A DNA stretch of 32,744 nt from Polyangia bacterium. Lineage in GTDB: Bacteria; Myxococcota_A; Polyangia; HGW-17; JAJRWW01. The DNA is taken from NCBI GenBank assembly GCA_034004785.1, contig JAVEWA010000010.1:1-32744 (forward strand). Direction: 5' to 3'. How positions within the stretch are numbered: the first letter of the stretch is position 1; every line of letters starts with the position of its first letter. This document shows positions 1-8,539 of the stretch, piece after piece. Under the pieces are notes generated by a model. It saw nothing but the letters and a program-made list of their open reading frames with translations. It ran no database searches and was not told the DNA's origin. The position numbers were made by a program, and so were the translations under genes.

Positions 1-390
1 CAGGGTGATCAGAGAGGAGCGAAAAGACCTCGTTTATCCGGTCCGCCGAGGGTCGGAACCTGCCGGTGACCAGGGCCCAGGTGACGTCACCGGGCAGGCG
101 ATCGAGCAGCCCGGACATTGGAGGCCCGGGGGATGGAGTGGGGGCATTGGGTCGCCCCTTCTCTGGTCGGCGTGGCCCTTCGGCGCTCCTCTCGTCCCTA
201 CATCCTGATGCGGTGCAGCCGAGGAGCCAGAGAATCGCCAGGCAGAGCAAGGCGCTGGTCGCCGAGGTTGAGTAGAGGCAAAGGGGGGATTTGCGGATCA
301 CGGTGGACACGAGTGCCGCGAATCGGCTGGGACCAGCAACGGGGACGAGGAAGGAATATGGACCGGTGCCAGGCTCCAATGCCCTTCCAT

Positions 391-2478
391 CTAGCTGCTC
401 GTCGTGGCGCCAGGTTTGACCATGATGGCGCCAGTGGGGCAGACCTTGGCGCAGTCGAGGCAGCCGTCGCACGCGGTGTCGATGAGACGCCTCCCAAGGG
501 ATGGCATGACCACCGTGTTGAAGCCCCGGCCCACGAACCCGAGCACGTCCTTGCCGTGGGCGGCGCATGCCCGGACGCAGGAGCCGCAGAGCAGACACTT
601 GCCAGACTCGAGGAGCAGCTTCGGGTGGCTGTCGTCCAGGAGGTAGTCCCGGATGGCGCCGGCAAGGCGGCCAGGCTGGATCCTGTACTCGGTGCCGTAG
701 GACTTTAGCTTGCAGTCCTCGACGGCGAGGCAGCCGCACACGATGCAGCGCTTGGCCTCAACCCTGCCTCGCTCTTGTCCGAGCCCCAGCTCCACCTCCA
801 CGAACCCCGACAGGCGCTCGGCATCGGCGATGACCGGCATGCGAGCACGCTCGGCCGGGGTGAGCCGATCCAGGATGGCCTTGGGCGCCGGGTCTCCGGG
901 CCTTCCGATGGTGGAGTACCACTCGTAGCCATCTCCGATGATCTCTTCTCCGCCGAGGAACTGGCCTATGGCCAGGGCGGCCCTGTGGCCCGCCTGCACC
1001 GCCCAGACGGCGATCATGTCCTTGTCTCCGGGGGAGCAGTCGCCGCCCGAGAAGACCCAAGGGACCGAGGTCTGGCCCGTGTAGGGATCGGACGCGATGT
1101 TGCCCCACCTGTCCAGCCCGACCTCCTCGGAGCCTTTCAGGGCGGCGGCGTCGAACCTCTGGCCAATGGCGTTTACTAGCGTGGTTACCTCCTCCACGTA
1201 CTCCGAGCCCTCCATCGGCACCGGCCGGCGCCGGCCCGAGGAGTCTGGAGGGCCGAGCTCCATGCGCTGGCAGGTCACGGCCAGGCCCTTGCCGTCCCTC
1301 GATGGCTCGATGCGGATGGGCGCCGCCAGGAATCGCATCTCCGTGCCTTCGTGGATGGCCTCCTCGATCTCCACCTCCAGGGCGGGCATCTCCGCCCGGG
1401 TGCGGCGGTAGAGGAGGATCACCTTTCCCTTGCCTTTTTGCAGCCTGAGGGCCGTTCGGCAGCAGTCCATGGCGGTGTTGCCGCCTCCGACCACCATCAC
1501 CGTGTCTCCGAGATCCACCTCCTGGCCGCGGGAGGCTTTCGCGAGGATCTCGATCCCTGGCATTACGCCAGGCGTGTCTTCCCCCGGGATCCGGGCTGAG
1601 CTCGCGGCCTGGGCGCCGAGGCCCAGGAATACGGCGTCGTAGCCCTGGGCCCGCAGATCCCCGAGGGTGAAGTCCCGGCCCAGCCAGCGTCCGAACTCCA
1701 GGCGGGCGCCCATCTGCTCCACCTGCCTGAACTCCCGCTCGATTATGTGACTGGGCAGCCGGAAGGCGGGGATCCCCCAGCGGAGCATTCCTCCCACGGT
1801 CTCCTGGCCGTCGATGACGGTCACCTCGTGGCCCATCTGGCGCAGGTAGAAGGCCGCGGAGATACCAGCCGGTCCGGCGCCGATGACCGCCACCTTCTTG
1901 CCGGTGTCGGGCGCGCATTCGGGGACCGTGCGCCGCTCTCCATCGAGATCCGGATCTCCCGCCACCACCTTCAGGCTGCAGATGGCGACCGCCTCGTCCC
2001 TCTGGCCTCGCCTGCAGACCGCCTCGCAGGGGCGGGTGCAGACCCTGCCCAGCGAGGAGGGGAGAGGCATGCGGCGCTTCAAGATCCGCAGCGCCTCCTC
2101 TGACTCGCCCCTGGCGATGGCAGACACGAACTGAGGGATCTCGATGCCCGCGGGGCAGGTGACGTGACAGTGGCCGTAGCAGTCCCCGGTGTGCTCCGAG
2201 GCGAGGAGCTCCAGGCAGAGCTTCCTGGTCTGGCGGATCCTGTCGCTGAGGGTGTGAACCACCATGCCCTCCGCTGCCGCGGTGGAGCAGGAGGGAACCG
2301 GGTTCTTGACGCCTTCCACTTCAACGACGCACAGGAAGCATGAGGTGAAGGGGGTGTGCCCCTCCATGTGGCAGAGGGTCGGGATGGGAATCTCCAGCGC
2401 CTTGGCGCCGTCGAGGATGGTAGAGCCGGCCGGAATCGTAACGTCTCGGCCGTCGATGGTCAGATGGATGTCGCTCAT
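391..2478 (-). CDS. Fe-S flavoprotein oxidoreductase. It fuses a NuoG-type N-terminal [2Fe-2S]/His-ligated [4Fe-4S] domain to a glutamate-synthase-small-subunit (GltD/NfnB)-like FAD/NAD(P)H core, with additional C-terminal Cys clusters.
   Basis: 695-aa ORF. N-terminus MSDIHLTIDGRDVTIPAGSTILDGAKALEIPIPTLCH...C-x2-C...C is the NuoG/HydA-type 2Fe-2S pattern. GKKVAVIGAGPAGISAAFYL is the dinucleotide-binding fingerprint of GltD/NfnB-like proteins. The C-terminal CxxCxxCxxxCP motifs fit ferredoxin-type clusters. It lies 25 nt downstream of the NuoF-like gene on the same strand. Confidence 0.75.
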   Translation of the reverse strand: MSDIHLTIDGRDVTIPAGSTILDGAKALEIPIPTLCHMEGHTPFTSCFLCVVEVEGVKNPVPSCSTAAAEGMVVHTLSDRIRQTRKLCLELLASEHTGDCYGHCHVTCPAGIEIPQFVSAIARGESEEALRILKRRMPLPSSLGRVCTRPCEAVCRRGQRDEAVAICSLKVVAGDPDLDGERRTVPECAPDTGKKVAVIGAGPAGISAAFYLRQMGHEVTVIDGQETVGGMLRWGIPAFRLPSHIIEREFRQVEQMGARLEFGRWLGRDFTLGDLRAQGYDAVFLGLGAQAASSARIPGEDTPGVMPGIEILAKASRGQEVDLGDTVMVVGGGNTAMDCCRTALRLQKGKGKVILLYRRTRAEMPALEVEIEEAIHEGTEMRFLAAPIRIEPSRDGKGLAVTCQRMELGPPDSSGRRRPVPMEGSEYVEEVTTLVNAIGQRFDAAALKGSEEVGLDRWGNIASDPYTGQTSVPWVFSGGDCSPGDKDMIAVWAVQAGHRAALAIGQFLGGEEIIGDGYEWYSTIGRPGDPAPKAILDRLTPAERARMPVIADAERLSGFVEVELGLGQERGRVEAKRCIVCGCLAVEDCKLKSYGTEYRIQPGRLAGAIRDYLLDDSHPKLLLESGKCLLCGSCVRACAAHGKDVLGFVGRGFNTVVMPSLGRRLIDTACDGCLDCAKVCPTGAIMVKPGATTSS

Positions 2479-2503
2479 GACTAGCTCCTCAGCGCTCAGG
2501 TGG

Positions 2504-4303
2504 TCACTTCACCACCACGGCGTTGTCCTTGCAGACCTCGAGGCAAGAGCTGCACTTGGTGCACCTCGTCTGATCGATGACGTGGGTCTGCTTCTTCTCG
2601 CCGGAGATGCACTTCACGGGGCAGACCCGGGCGCACAGGGTGCACCCGGTGCAGGCCGCAGGGTCGATGGAGAAGGTGAGGAGAGGCTTGCAGACCTTTG
2701 CCGGACAGCGGCCATGAACCACGTGGGCCTCGTACTCGTCGCGGAAGTACTTCAGCGTCGTGAGGACTGGGTTCGGCGCGGTCTGGCCGAGGCCGCAGAG
2801 GCTCGTCTCCTTGATCTTGACGGCCAGCTCCTCGAGGAGCGCGAGGTCCTCCATCTTGCCTTTGCCCTGGGTAATGCGCTCCAGGATCTCGAGCATGCGG
2901 AGGGTGCCGACCCGGCAGAAGGTGCACTTGCCGCAGCTCTCCTTCTGGGTGAAGTCCAGGAAGAACCGGGCGATGTCAACCATGCAGGAGGAGGAGTCCA
3001 TCACCACCATGCCGCCCGAGCCCATGATGGCGCCAGTCCTGGTCACCTCGTCGTAGTCCACCCTGGTGTCGAACAGCCTCGCGGGGATGCAGCCGCCGGA
3101 GGGACCGCCCATCTGGACCGCCTTCAGGGGCTTGCCAGTGTCGGAGCCGCCCCCGACCTCCTCGAGGATCTCCCTGAGGGTGATCCCCATCGGCACCTCC
3201 ACCAGCCCTCCCCGTTTGATCTTTCCGGCCAGGGCGAAGACCTTGGAGCCCTTGGATTTCTCCGTGCCCATCGCCGCGAAGGCCCCTCCACCGTTTCGCA
3301 GGATCCAAGGCACGTTGGCAAAGGTCTCCACGTTGTTGATGTTGGTGGGCTTGCCCCATAGGCCCTCTTGGGCTGGGAAGGGAGGGCGCTTGCGAGGCAT
3401 GCCGCGGCGCCCCTCGATGGAGAAGATGAGGGCCGTCTCCTCGCCGCACACGAAGGCGCCAGCGCCCTCCTTGATCTTGACCTTGAAGGAGAAGCTCGTG
3501 CCAGCGATGCCAGGGCCGAGTAAATTCCTCTCCTCGGCCTGTGAGATGGCGATGCGGAGCCGCTTGATGGCCAGCGGGTACTCGGCTCGGCAGTAGATGT
3601 AGGCCTCGTCCGCTCCGACCGCGAAGGCTCCAATGGCCATGCCCTCCAGCACGGCGTGCGGATCCCCCTCGAGAACCGAGCGGTCCATGAAGGCGCCGGG
3701 ATCTCCCTCGTCGGCATTGCAGATGATGTACTTCTTGGGGCCCGGCGCGGCGCGAGTGAACTTCCACTTGGTGCCCGTGGGAAAGCCCCCGCCGCCGCGC
3801 CCCCTGAGGCCCGAGGCGATCAGGGTCTCGATCACCTTCTCGGGAGAGTTATCGGCGAGCACCTGTCCGAGCGCCTTGTAGCCCTCCCTCCCGAGGTAGT
3901 CGTCGATGCTCTCGGGATCGATGACCCCACAGTTGCGGAGCGCCACCCGGGTCTGCTTGCCGAAGTAGGCGTCTACCTCCGCCTTCAGGGGCTCGCCCTG
4001 GAAGGTCCATTCCTCGATGGGGTGGCCCCCAGCAAGGTGCTCCTCCACTATCTTGGCCGCCCGCTCCGGCGTGACCGCTGCATAGGTCACATGCCGGCCG
4101 GCCGGCTCGTAGACCTCCACGATGGGCTCTCGATGGCAGGCGCCGATGCAGCCCGTGACCCCAAGCGTGACGGGGAGCTGCCTCTCACCGAGGAGGCGCT
4201 CGAAGGCCTCCTTCACATCTTGGGCTCCTGCGGCGATGCCGCATGAGCCGAGCCCCACCACCACGCGGATTGTGTCGCCTGATGCAGTAGTTCCGGGTGC
4301 CAT
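2504..4303 (-). CDS. NADH-binding FMN/[4Fe-4S] subunit of the NuoF / HydB / HndC family, with an N-terminal thioredoxin-like domain and two C-terminal 4Fe-4S ferredoxin motifs
   Basis: 599-aa ORF. GRGGGGFPTGTKW is the FMN site and ESCGKCTFCR the NuoF 4Fe-4S site. The C-terminal CTGCTLCARVCP and CTKCSSCLEVCK are 2x[4Fe-4S] ferredoxin motifs. It sits between the NuoE-like and GltD-like genes. Confidence 0.85.
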   Translation of the reverse strand: MAPGTTASGDTIRVVVGLGSCGIAAGAQDVKEAFERLLGERQLPVTLGVTGCIGACHREPIVEVYEPAGRHVTYAAVTPERAAKIVEEHLAGGHPIEEWTFQGEPLKAEVDAYFGKQTRVALRNCGVIDPESIDDYLGREGYKALGQVLADNSPEKVIETLIASGLRGRGGGGFPTGTKWKFTRAAPGPKKYIICNADEGDPGAFMDRSVLEGDPHAVLEGMAIGAFAVGADEAYIYCRAEYPLAIKRLRIAISQAEERNLLGPGIAGTSFSFKVKIKEGAGAFVCGEETALIFSIEGRRGMPRKRPPFPAQEGLWGKPTNINNVETFANVPWILRNGGGAFAAMGTEKSKGSKVFALAGKIKRGGLVEVPMGITLREILEEVGGGSDTGKPLKAVQMGGPSGGCIPARLFDTRVDYDEVTRTGAIMGSGGMVVMDSSSCMVDIARFFLDFTQKESCGKCTFCRVGTLRMLEILERITQGKGKMEDLALLEELAVKIKETSLCGLGQTAPNPVLTTLKYFRDEYEAHVVHGRCPAKVCKPLLTFSIDPAACTGCTLCARVCPVKCISGEKKQTHVIDQTRCTKCSSCLEVCKDNAVVVK

Positions 4304-4353
4304 GACAGTACCTCTCGTTCTAGCCGGTGGCCGAGTCCAGGCCGGGCGCGCCG

Positions 4354-4854
4354 CTAGGCGTCCTTTTTCTCTGACTTCTGGAGCTTCTTCATGAGCCTGC
4401 GAACCGCGGGGGCGTCCAGGCGGCCATGGGTGGTCTCGTTTACCATCACCACTGGCGCCAGGCTGCAGCAGCCCAGGCAGGCCACGGGCTCCACCGTGAA
4501 GAGGGCATCCGACGTGGTGTCCTCGCGCTCACCTATCTCCAGGGACTCCCGCGTGACCGCGTGGACCCGCTGGCCACCCTGAACGTGGCAGGCCGTGCCC
4601 AGGCAAACCTTGATCATGTTCTTGCCCACGGGGCGGAGGCGGAACTGCTTGTAGAAGGTCGCCACGCCGAAGAGATGACTCTCCGGAATCCCTGTCCCAG
4701 CGGAGGCCCGCACCAGGGCCTCCATGGGGAGGTAGCCGTAGGTGGTCTGGATCCCCTGCAGGAGGGGGATCGTGGCCTCGAGGCCCTTGGCGCAGGTAGC
4801 CAGGATTTGGTCGAGCGGACCGAGGTCCAGTTTCTGCTCTTGTTGTGTCGCCAT
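4354..4854 (-). CDS. NuoE / HydC-family thioredoxin-like [2Fe-2S] subunit (24-kDa type)
   Basis: 166-aa ORF. Cys pattern ...CLGTACHVQGG...ACLGCCSLAPV is typical of NuoE/HoxE 2Fe-2S proteins. It is the first gene of the three-gene minus-strand cluster. Confidence 0.8.
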   Translation of the reverse strand: MATQQEQKLDLGPLDQILATCAKGLEATIPLLQGIQTTYGYLPMEALVRASAGTGIPESHLFGVATFYKQFRLRPVGKNMIKVCLGTACHVQGGQRVHAVTRESLEIGEREDTTSDALFTVEPVACLGCCSLAPVVMVNETTHGRLDAPAVRRLMKKLQKSEKKDA

Positions 4855-4974
4855 GCCTGTCCTCGCGGTGGGAGGCCCCCTTGGCCTTCTTGGCCTTCAT
4901 GGCCGGTAGGCCTGGGGACTCCTGGTCCAGGTTCTTCTGGCGGCAGTCTAGGGCGCAGTCAAGGCGAAGTCCAG

Positions 4975-5012
4975 GTTCCGATGTGAGCATTTTTTTACCA
5001 GCACAATGGAAC
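4975..5012. promoter_or_regulatory. AT-rich imperfect inverted repeat (GTTCC...T7...GGAAC) in the 283-bp region upstream of the NuoE-like gene; candidate operator or promoter element
   Basis: gttccgatgtgagcatttttttaccagcacaatggaac: 5-bp arms flank a T7 run. This is the only AT-rich patch in the intergenic region between 4855 and 5137. Confidence 0.25.
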
Positions 5013-5137
5013 ACAGCGAGGGGACTTTGACGCTTGGATCCGAGGGCGGGGGAGGGCCAAATGTCGCCAGATTGAGCTGGGGTTGCCCGGCGGGCCGAGA
5101 AAGGGCTTGGGGCGGCAAAGAGGTACCGGGCGCCCGG

Positions 5138-7216
5138 TCAGGTCGCCTCCGTGGAGGGCTCCTCGTGAGTCAGCAGGCGCGTGGCCCTGGCCACTGCCTC
5201 GAACCGGCCCACGAGGTAGAGTCGATCCTCGGCCGCGAGGGGCTCGTCCACGTCGAGCTGCTCCTCGAGGATCTCTCCGCGGCCGCGGGCCACAACCATG
5301 GCGCCGGTGAGCTCCCTGAGGGCCAGGTCCCTCAGAGAGCGCCCGACTGCCCTGTGCCCCTCCTCGAGCGAAACCAGCTCGATCCTGAGCTCCCTGAGCT
5401 CATCGATCTCGCAGAGGCGCTTGCGGGGCACGGTGAGCCCGCGGGCGCTCTCCTGGGTGGAGGCCCTTGCCCGGCCGACCTGGGCGTCGATGACGTTGCG
5501 CGGTATGTCGAAGCGGCGGAGCACTCGGGCCAGAACCTCCAGGGAGGCCTCCACCTCCTCGGCCACCACCTCGGTGGCTCCGAGCTTCACGAGGCCCTGC
5601 CTCTGCCCGAGGTAGCGTGCCCGAACGATGATCGGCAGCTCAGGGGCGAGTCTTTTGACGGCGTCCACCACCCGCGTCGCGGCCTGATCGTCGTTGATCA
5701 GCACCACGACTGCGCGAGCCTCCCGCACATGGGCGTGAGCGAGGGCCTCGTCGGTGCTGGCGTCGGCGTAGTAGATCGGCACTCCCTCCTCCGAGGCCTT
5801 CCGCACCGTCTCGGCGTTCAGCTCCAGGACCCGGTAGTGGATGCCGACAGACGCCAGGCTGTGAGCGAGCACGGAGCCAGCCACGCCGTAGCCCACGATC
5901 AGCACGTGGTCGCTCCAGGCCTCCTCGTCGGCGGTGGACTCCGGGAGGCTGCGGGCGCCGAGGAGGCGCTCGAGCGGGCGGAGCAGCCTGGCACCGGCGC
6001 TCAGGTGAGGCGCGAGGGTGAGCAGCACCGGTGTGATGAACATCGACAGGATTCCGGCGGACAGGAAGGTCTGCATCTCGCCCCTCGAGAGGATGCCCAC
6101 TCCGAGGGCCACGGTCGCCAGGACAAAGCCGAACTCGCCGAACTGCGCGAGCCCGATTCCGGCGGTCACGGCAACCCGGAGGGGGAACTTCATCGCCAGG
6201 GCCGCGATGGTGGCCAGGAAGCCTTTTCCGAAGAGGAACGCCCCGAGGAGCAGGAGCATGGTGCCCGTGTGCTCGGACAGCTCCTTGGGGTCGAAGAGCA
6301 TGCCCATGGACACGAAGAAGAGCGCCATGAAGATCTCCCGAAGGGGCAGGAGGTTCCCGAGGGCCCTGTGACGGAACTCGGTGTCCGCCACGACGAGCCC
6401 TCCTAGGAAGGCCCCGAGGGCCAGGGAGACCCCCGCCTTCGATGTGAGCCAGGCCGTGCCCACGCAGAGAAACACCACGGCGAGCAGGAAGATCTCCCGG
6501 CTGCGGGTTTGATCGACTCTCCGGAGCAGCTTCGGCACCACGAAACGCGCGGCCACCAGGGTCGCCGCCACCACTGCGCAGGCCTTGCCGAGGGCGACGA
6601 GGACAGGCCAGATGCCACCTCCGCCGGGGGCCGCCGGGGCCATCTGCGGCAGGACCAGCATCATGGGGATGACCACCAGGTCCTGGAAGATCAGCACCCC
6701 TACGATGAACCGGCCGTGTGGCGCGTCCAGCTCTCCCCTGTCCCCGAGGAGGCGGAGCACCATGGCGGTGGAGGACAGCGCCACGGCGAAGCCGAAGAAG
6801 AGCGCCTTCGGGCCCGCCAGCCCCAGGGCAATGGCGACACCGGCGGCGGTGGCGGCGGTCAACCCCACCTGCAGGCTGCCCCCCAGGACCAGGAGCCGAC
6901 CGATGCGCGCAAATCGCGAGAGGGAGAACTCCAGGCCTACGGTGAAGAGCAGCAGCACCACACCCACCTCGGCGAGGGCCTCGATGGCGTGGATCGACGG
7001 CACGACCCCGAAGCCGCCTGGCCCCACCAGGGCTCCGGCAAGGAGCAGACCAGCCGTGGCGGGCAGACGGACGCGAGACAGGAGCAGGGCGACCCCGAGA
7101 CCGACCGCGAAGAGCACCACCAGGTCGTCAAGGAGGGGGATCGGCGTCATGGCGCGCATCCTATCGCAATGGCGGGGAGAGGAAAGCCCATCTTGCGCCT
7201 GGAGGGACGAGGCCAC
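5138..7216 (-). CDS. Monovalent cation:proton antiporter-2 (CPA2, KefB/KefC-like) with C-terminal RCK (TrkA-N/TrkA-C) regulatory domain
   Basis: 692-aa ORF. The N-terminal two-thirds is polytopic membrane (many hydrophobic helices, GLEFS-type motif). The C-terminus HVLIVGYGVAGSVLAHSL... is a TrkA-N Rossmann fold. An alternative in-frame start MRAMTPIPLL lies at about 7160. Confidence 0.8.
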   Translation of the reverse strand: MASSLQAQDGLSSPRHCDRMRAMTPIPLLDDLVVLFAVGLGVALLLSRVRLPATAGLLLAGALVGPGGFGVVPSIHAIEALAEVGVVLLLFTVGLEFSLSRFARIGRLLVLGGSLQVGLTAATAAGVAIALGLAGPKALFFGFAVALSSTAMVLRLLGDRGELDAPHGRFIVGVLIFQDLVVIPMMLVLPQMAPAAPGGGGIWPVLVALGKACAVVAATLVAARFVVPKLLRRVDQTRSREIFLLAVVFLCVGTAWLTSKAGVSLALGAFLGGLVVADTEFRHRALGNLLPLREIFMALFFVSMGMLFDPKELSEHTGTMLLLLGAFLFGKGFLATIAALAMKFPLRVAVTAGIGLAQFGEFGFVLATVALGVGILSRGEMQTFLSAGILSMFITPVLLTLAPHLSAGARLLRPLERLLGARSLPESTADEEAWSDHVLIVGYGVAGSVLAHSLASVGIHYRVLELNAETVRKASEEGVPIYYADASTDEALAHAHVREARAVVVLINDDQAATRVVDAVKRLAPELPIIVRARYLGQRQGLVKLGATEVVAEEVEASLEVLARVLRRFDIPRNVIDAQVGRARASTQESARGLTVPRKRLCEIDELRELRIELVSLEEGHRAVGRSLRDLALRELTGAMVVARGRGEILEEQLDVDEPLAAEDRLYLVGRFEAVARATRLLTHEEPSTEAT

Positions 7217-7306
7217 GGCGGCTAGCTGGGTGCCGCGCAGCCCTGGTGGATCGCGCGGCTTAGTCAGGGGGCGGCGCCGATTCTGCCCATCCTCGTCTCT
7301 GCCCCG

Positions 7307-7335
7307 TTGCCCCCGGGAACGGATCCGTGGATACT
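7307..7335 (+). promoter_or_regulatory. Candidate sigma-70-type promoter for tRNA-Leu (TTGCCC-N17-GATACT)
   Basis: -35 at 7307-7312 and -10 at 7330-7335, about 44 nt upstream of the mature tRNA 5' end. No other -35/-10 pair with this spacing lies upstream of the tRNA. Confidence 0.25.
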
Positions 7336-7378
7336 GCGGAACGTGACCCGTCGGAGGTATGGAACCCCAAGGGTCCGC

Positions 7379-7460
7379 GCGAGGATGGCGAAACTGGTAG
7401 ACGCGCTGGATTTAGGTTCCAGTGGGAAACCCCGTGGGGGTTCGAGTCCCCCTCCTCGCA
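7379..7460 (+). tRNA. tRNA-Leu (anticodon UAG), type II with long variable arm; CCA not encoded
   Basis: GCGAGGA acceptor stem pairs with TCCTCGC at the 3' end, followed by discriminator A. Other elements are a D-arm with GG, anticodon stem CTGGA/TCCAG around loop TTTAGGT (U33, anticodon TAG, G37), a variable-arm hairpin GGG-AAA-CCC, and a T-arm GGGGG-TTCGAGT-CCCCC. Confidence 0.85.
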
Positions 7461-7477
7461 TTCAGGGAGGATATGCC

Positions 7478-8539
7478 ATGCCTAGTAGGTTCCCCTCGCT
7501 GCTCTTGGCCGCTTGTCTGGGTCTTTTGGGGGCCTGTGGCGATGACGACGGGGGCAACGCGAACCAGCCCGACGCACAGCTCCCCGACGCGCAGATCGCC
7601 ACCTGCGGCAACGGCGTCGTGGAGCCTGGCGAGCAGTGCGACGACCACAACCCATTTGGCGGCGACGGCTGCAGCGCCACCTGTCAGTGGGAGAACGTCT
7701 GCGGCAACGGCCAGAAAGAGGGTCCCGAGGAGTGCGACGGCGCCGACGGAGTGCCCACATGTGTCCTCCTCGGGCGCCTCGATGGAGAGGTCACTTGCAG
7801 CGAATCCTGCCTCCTCGAAGAAGACTGCACTGACGACGCTTCGGGGCTCGTGGCCTGGTACAAGCTGGACGAAACCGGTGGAGTGGTGGTGGACTCGACT
7901 TTCGGCGGCAACGGCTGCAACGCCGTGGGGGGCATCGAACGAGGGTTCCCAGGAGTCGTCGAGAGCTCCTACCTTTTCGACGGCACGAGCGCCTACGCCG
8001 ACTGTGGTGACGGGATCGGCATGGGCGGCATGGACGCCCTCACCTTGGAGGTCTGGGTCAAGGTGAGTGAGTTCACGCCCGAGGGTATGCTGCTTTCGAG
8101 GGCGGTGGATCCCGGCGAGATCCTCTGGGCCCTCGGGCTGGCCGGGTCTGGGAACCAGGTGGGCGCGACCGCCTTCCGAGTGTTCTTCGCGGTGCAGGGG
8201 TTCGACTATTTCGCGGAGTCGTCCAGCTTTCTGCCGACGGGGCAGTGGAAGCACATAGCCGCGGTGTACGATGCTGGCGAGCTGGCCATCTTCATCGACG
8301 GCGAGGAGAGCGGCGGCGCCACGCAGCTAGACACCGGGCCCGTTGGCAACGCTGCCGGGGCGAGGACCCAGCTCGGCCACCTGAACGACACGGGCGGCCA
8401 ATCCACCTTCGATTCTTTCTACTCGGGCTACATGGACGAGGTGAAGATCTGGCGTTTGGCCCGAACCCAGGCGCAGATCTGCGGCGACGCCGGGGGAACC
8501 CCTTCCACGGGCGGAGCCTGCGAGATATCCCTTCAATGA
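7478..8539 (+). CDS. Secreted lipoprotein with a myxobacterial cysteine-rich repeat (TIGR02232-like CGNGxxExGExCDDxN...GDGCSxxC) and a concanavalin-A-like lectin / LamG (Laminin_G_3) domain
   Basis: ATG at 7478 sits 7 nt after AGGGAGG. The signal peptide plus lipobox is LLLAACLGLLGAC. CGNGVVEPGEQCDDHNPFGGDGCSATC is the myxo Cys repeat. LVAWYKLDE...FDG...LTLEVWVK...KIWRLA is typical of LamG_3. The longer track ORF 7307.. would run through the tRNA, so the start must be downstream of it. Confidence 0.75.
   Translation: MPSRFPSLLLAACLGLLGACGDDDGGNANQPDAQLPDAQIATCGNGVVEPGEQCDDHNPFGGDGCSATCQWENVCGNGQKEGPEECDGADGVPTCVLLGRLDGEVTCSESCLLEEDCTDDASGLVAWYKLDETGGVVVDSTFGGNGCNAVGGIERGFPGVVESSYLFDGTSAYADCGDGIGMGGMDALTLEVWVKVSEFTPEGMLLSRAVDPGEILWALGLAGSGNQVGATAFRVFFAVQGFDYFAESSSFLPTGQWKHIAAVYDAGELAIFIDGEESGGATQLDTGPVGNAAGARTQLGHLNDTGGQSTFDSFYSGYMDEVKIWRLARTQAQICGDAGGTPSTGGACEISLQ

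Noticed and set aside
1-118. Possible minus-strand ORF fragment (MSGLLDRLPGDVTWALVTGRF...) running off the 5' edge
   Set aside because: It is only 39 codons within the window, has no RBS, and the frame is open upstream as well. It cannot be distinguished from a GC-rich open frame, so it is not called.
758-3767. Assorted ORFs (758..1918 -, 2264..3361 +, 2976..3767 -, 3656..4246 +) inside the redox cluster
   Set aside because: They are alternative frames or antisense of the NuoF-like and GltD-like genes, with no motifs.
4970-5003. Possible sigma-54 promoter (TGG-N-GC) upstream of the NuoE-like gene
   Set aside because: On the minus strand tGGtaaaaaaatGCt has GG-N9-GC, not the required N10, and lacks the CAC and TTGC cores.
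5006-6406. 466-aa plus-strand ORF, and 6509..7225 / 6585..7346 (+)
   Set aside because: They are antisense to the CPA2 antiporter gene, and their translations are His/Gly/Arg-rich without structure.
7307-7477. 5' extension of the lipoprotein ORF (track start 7307)
   Set aside because: It would read straight through the tRNA-Leu gene. The ATG at 7478 has a consensus SD and begins the signal peptide.
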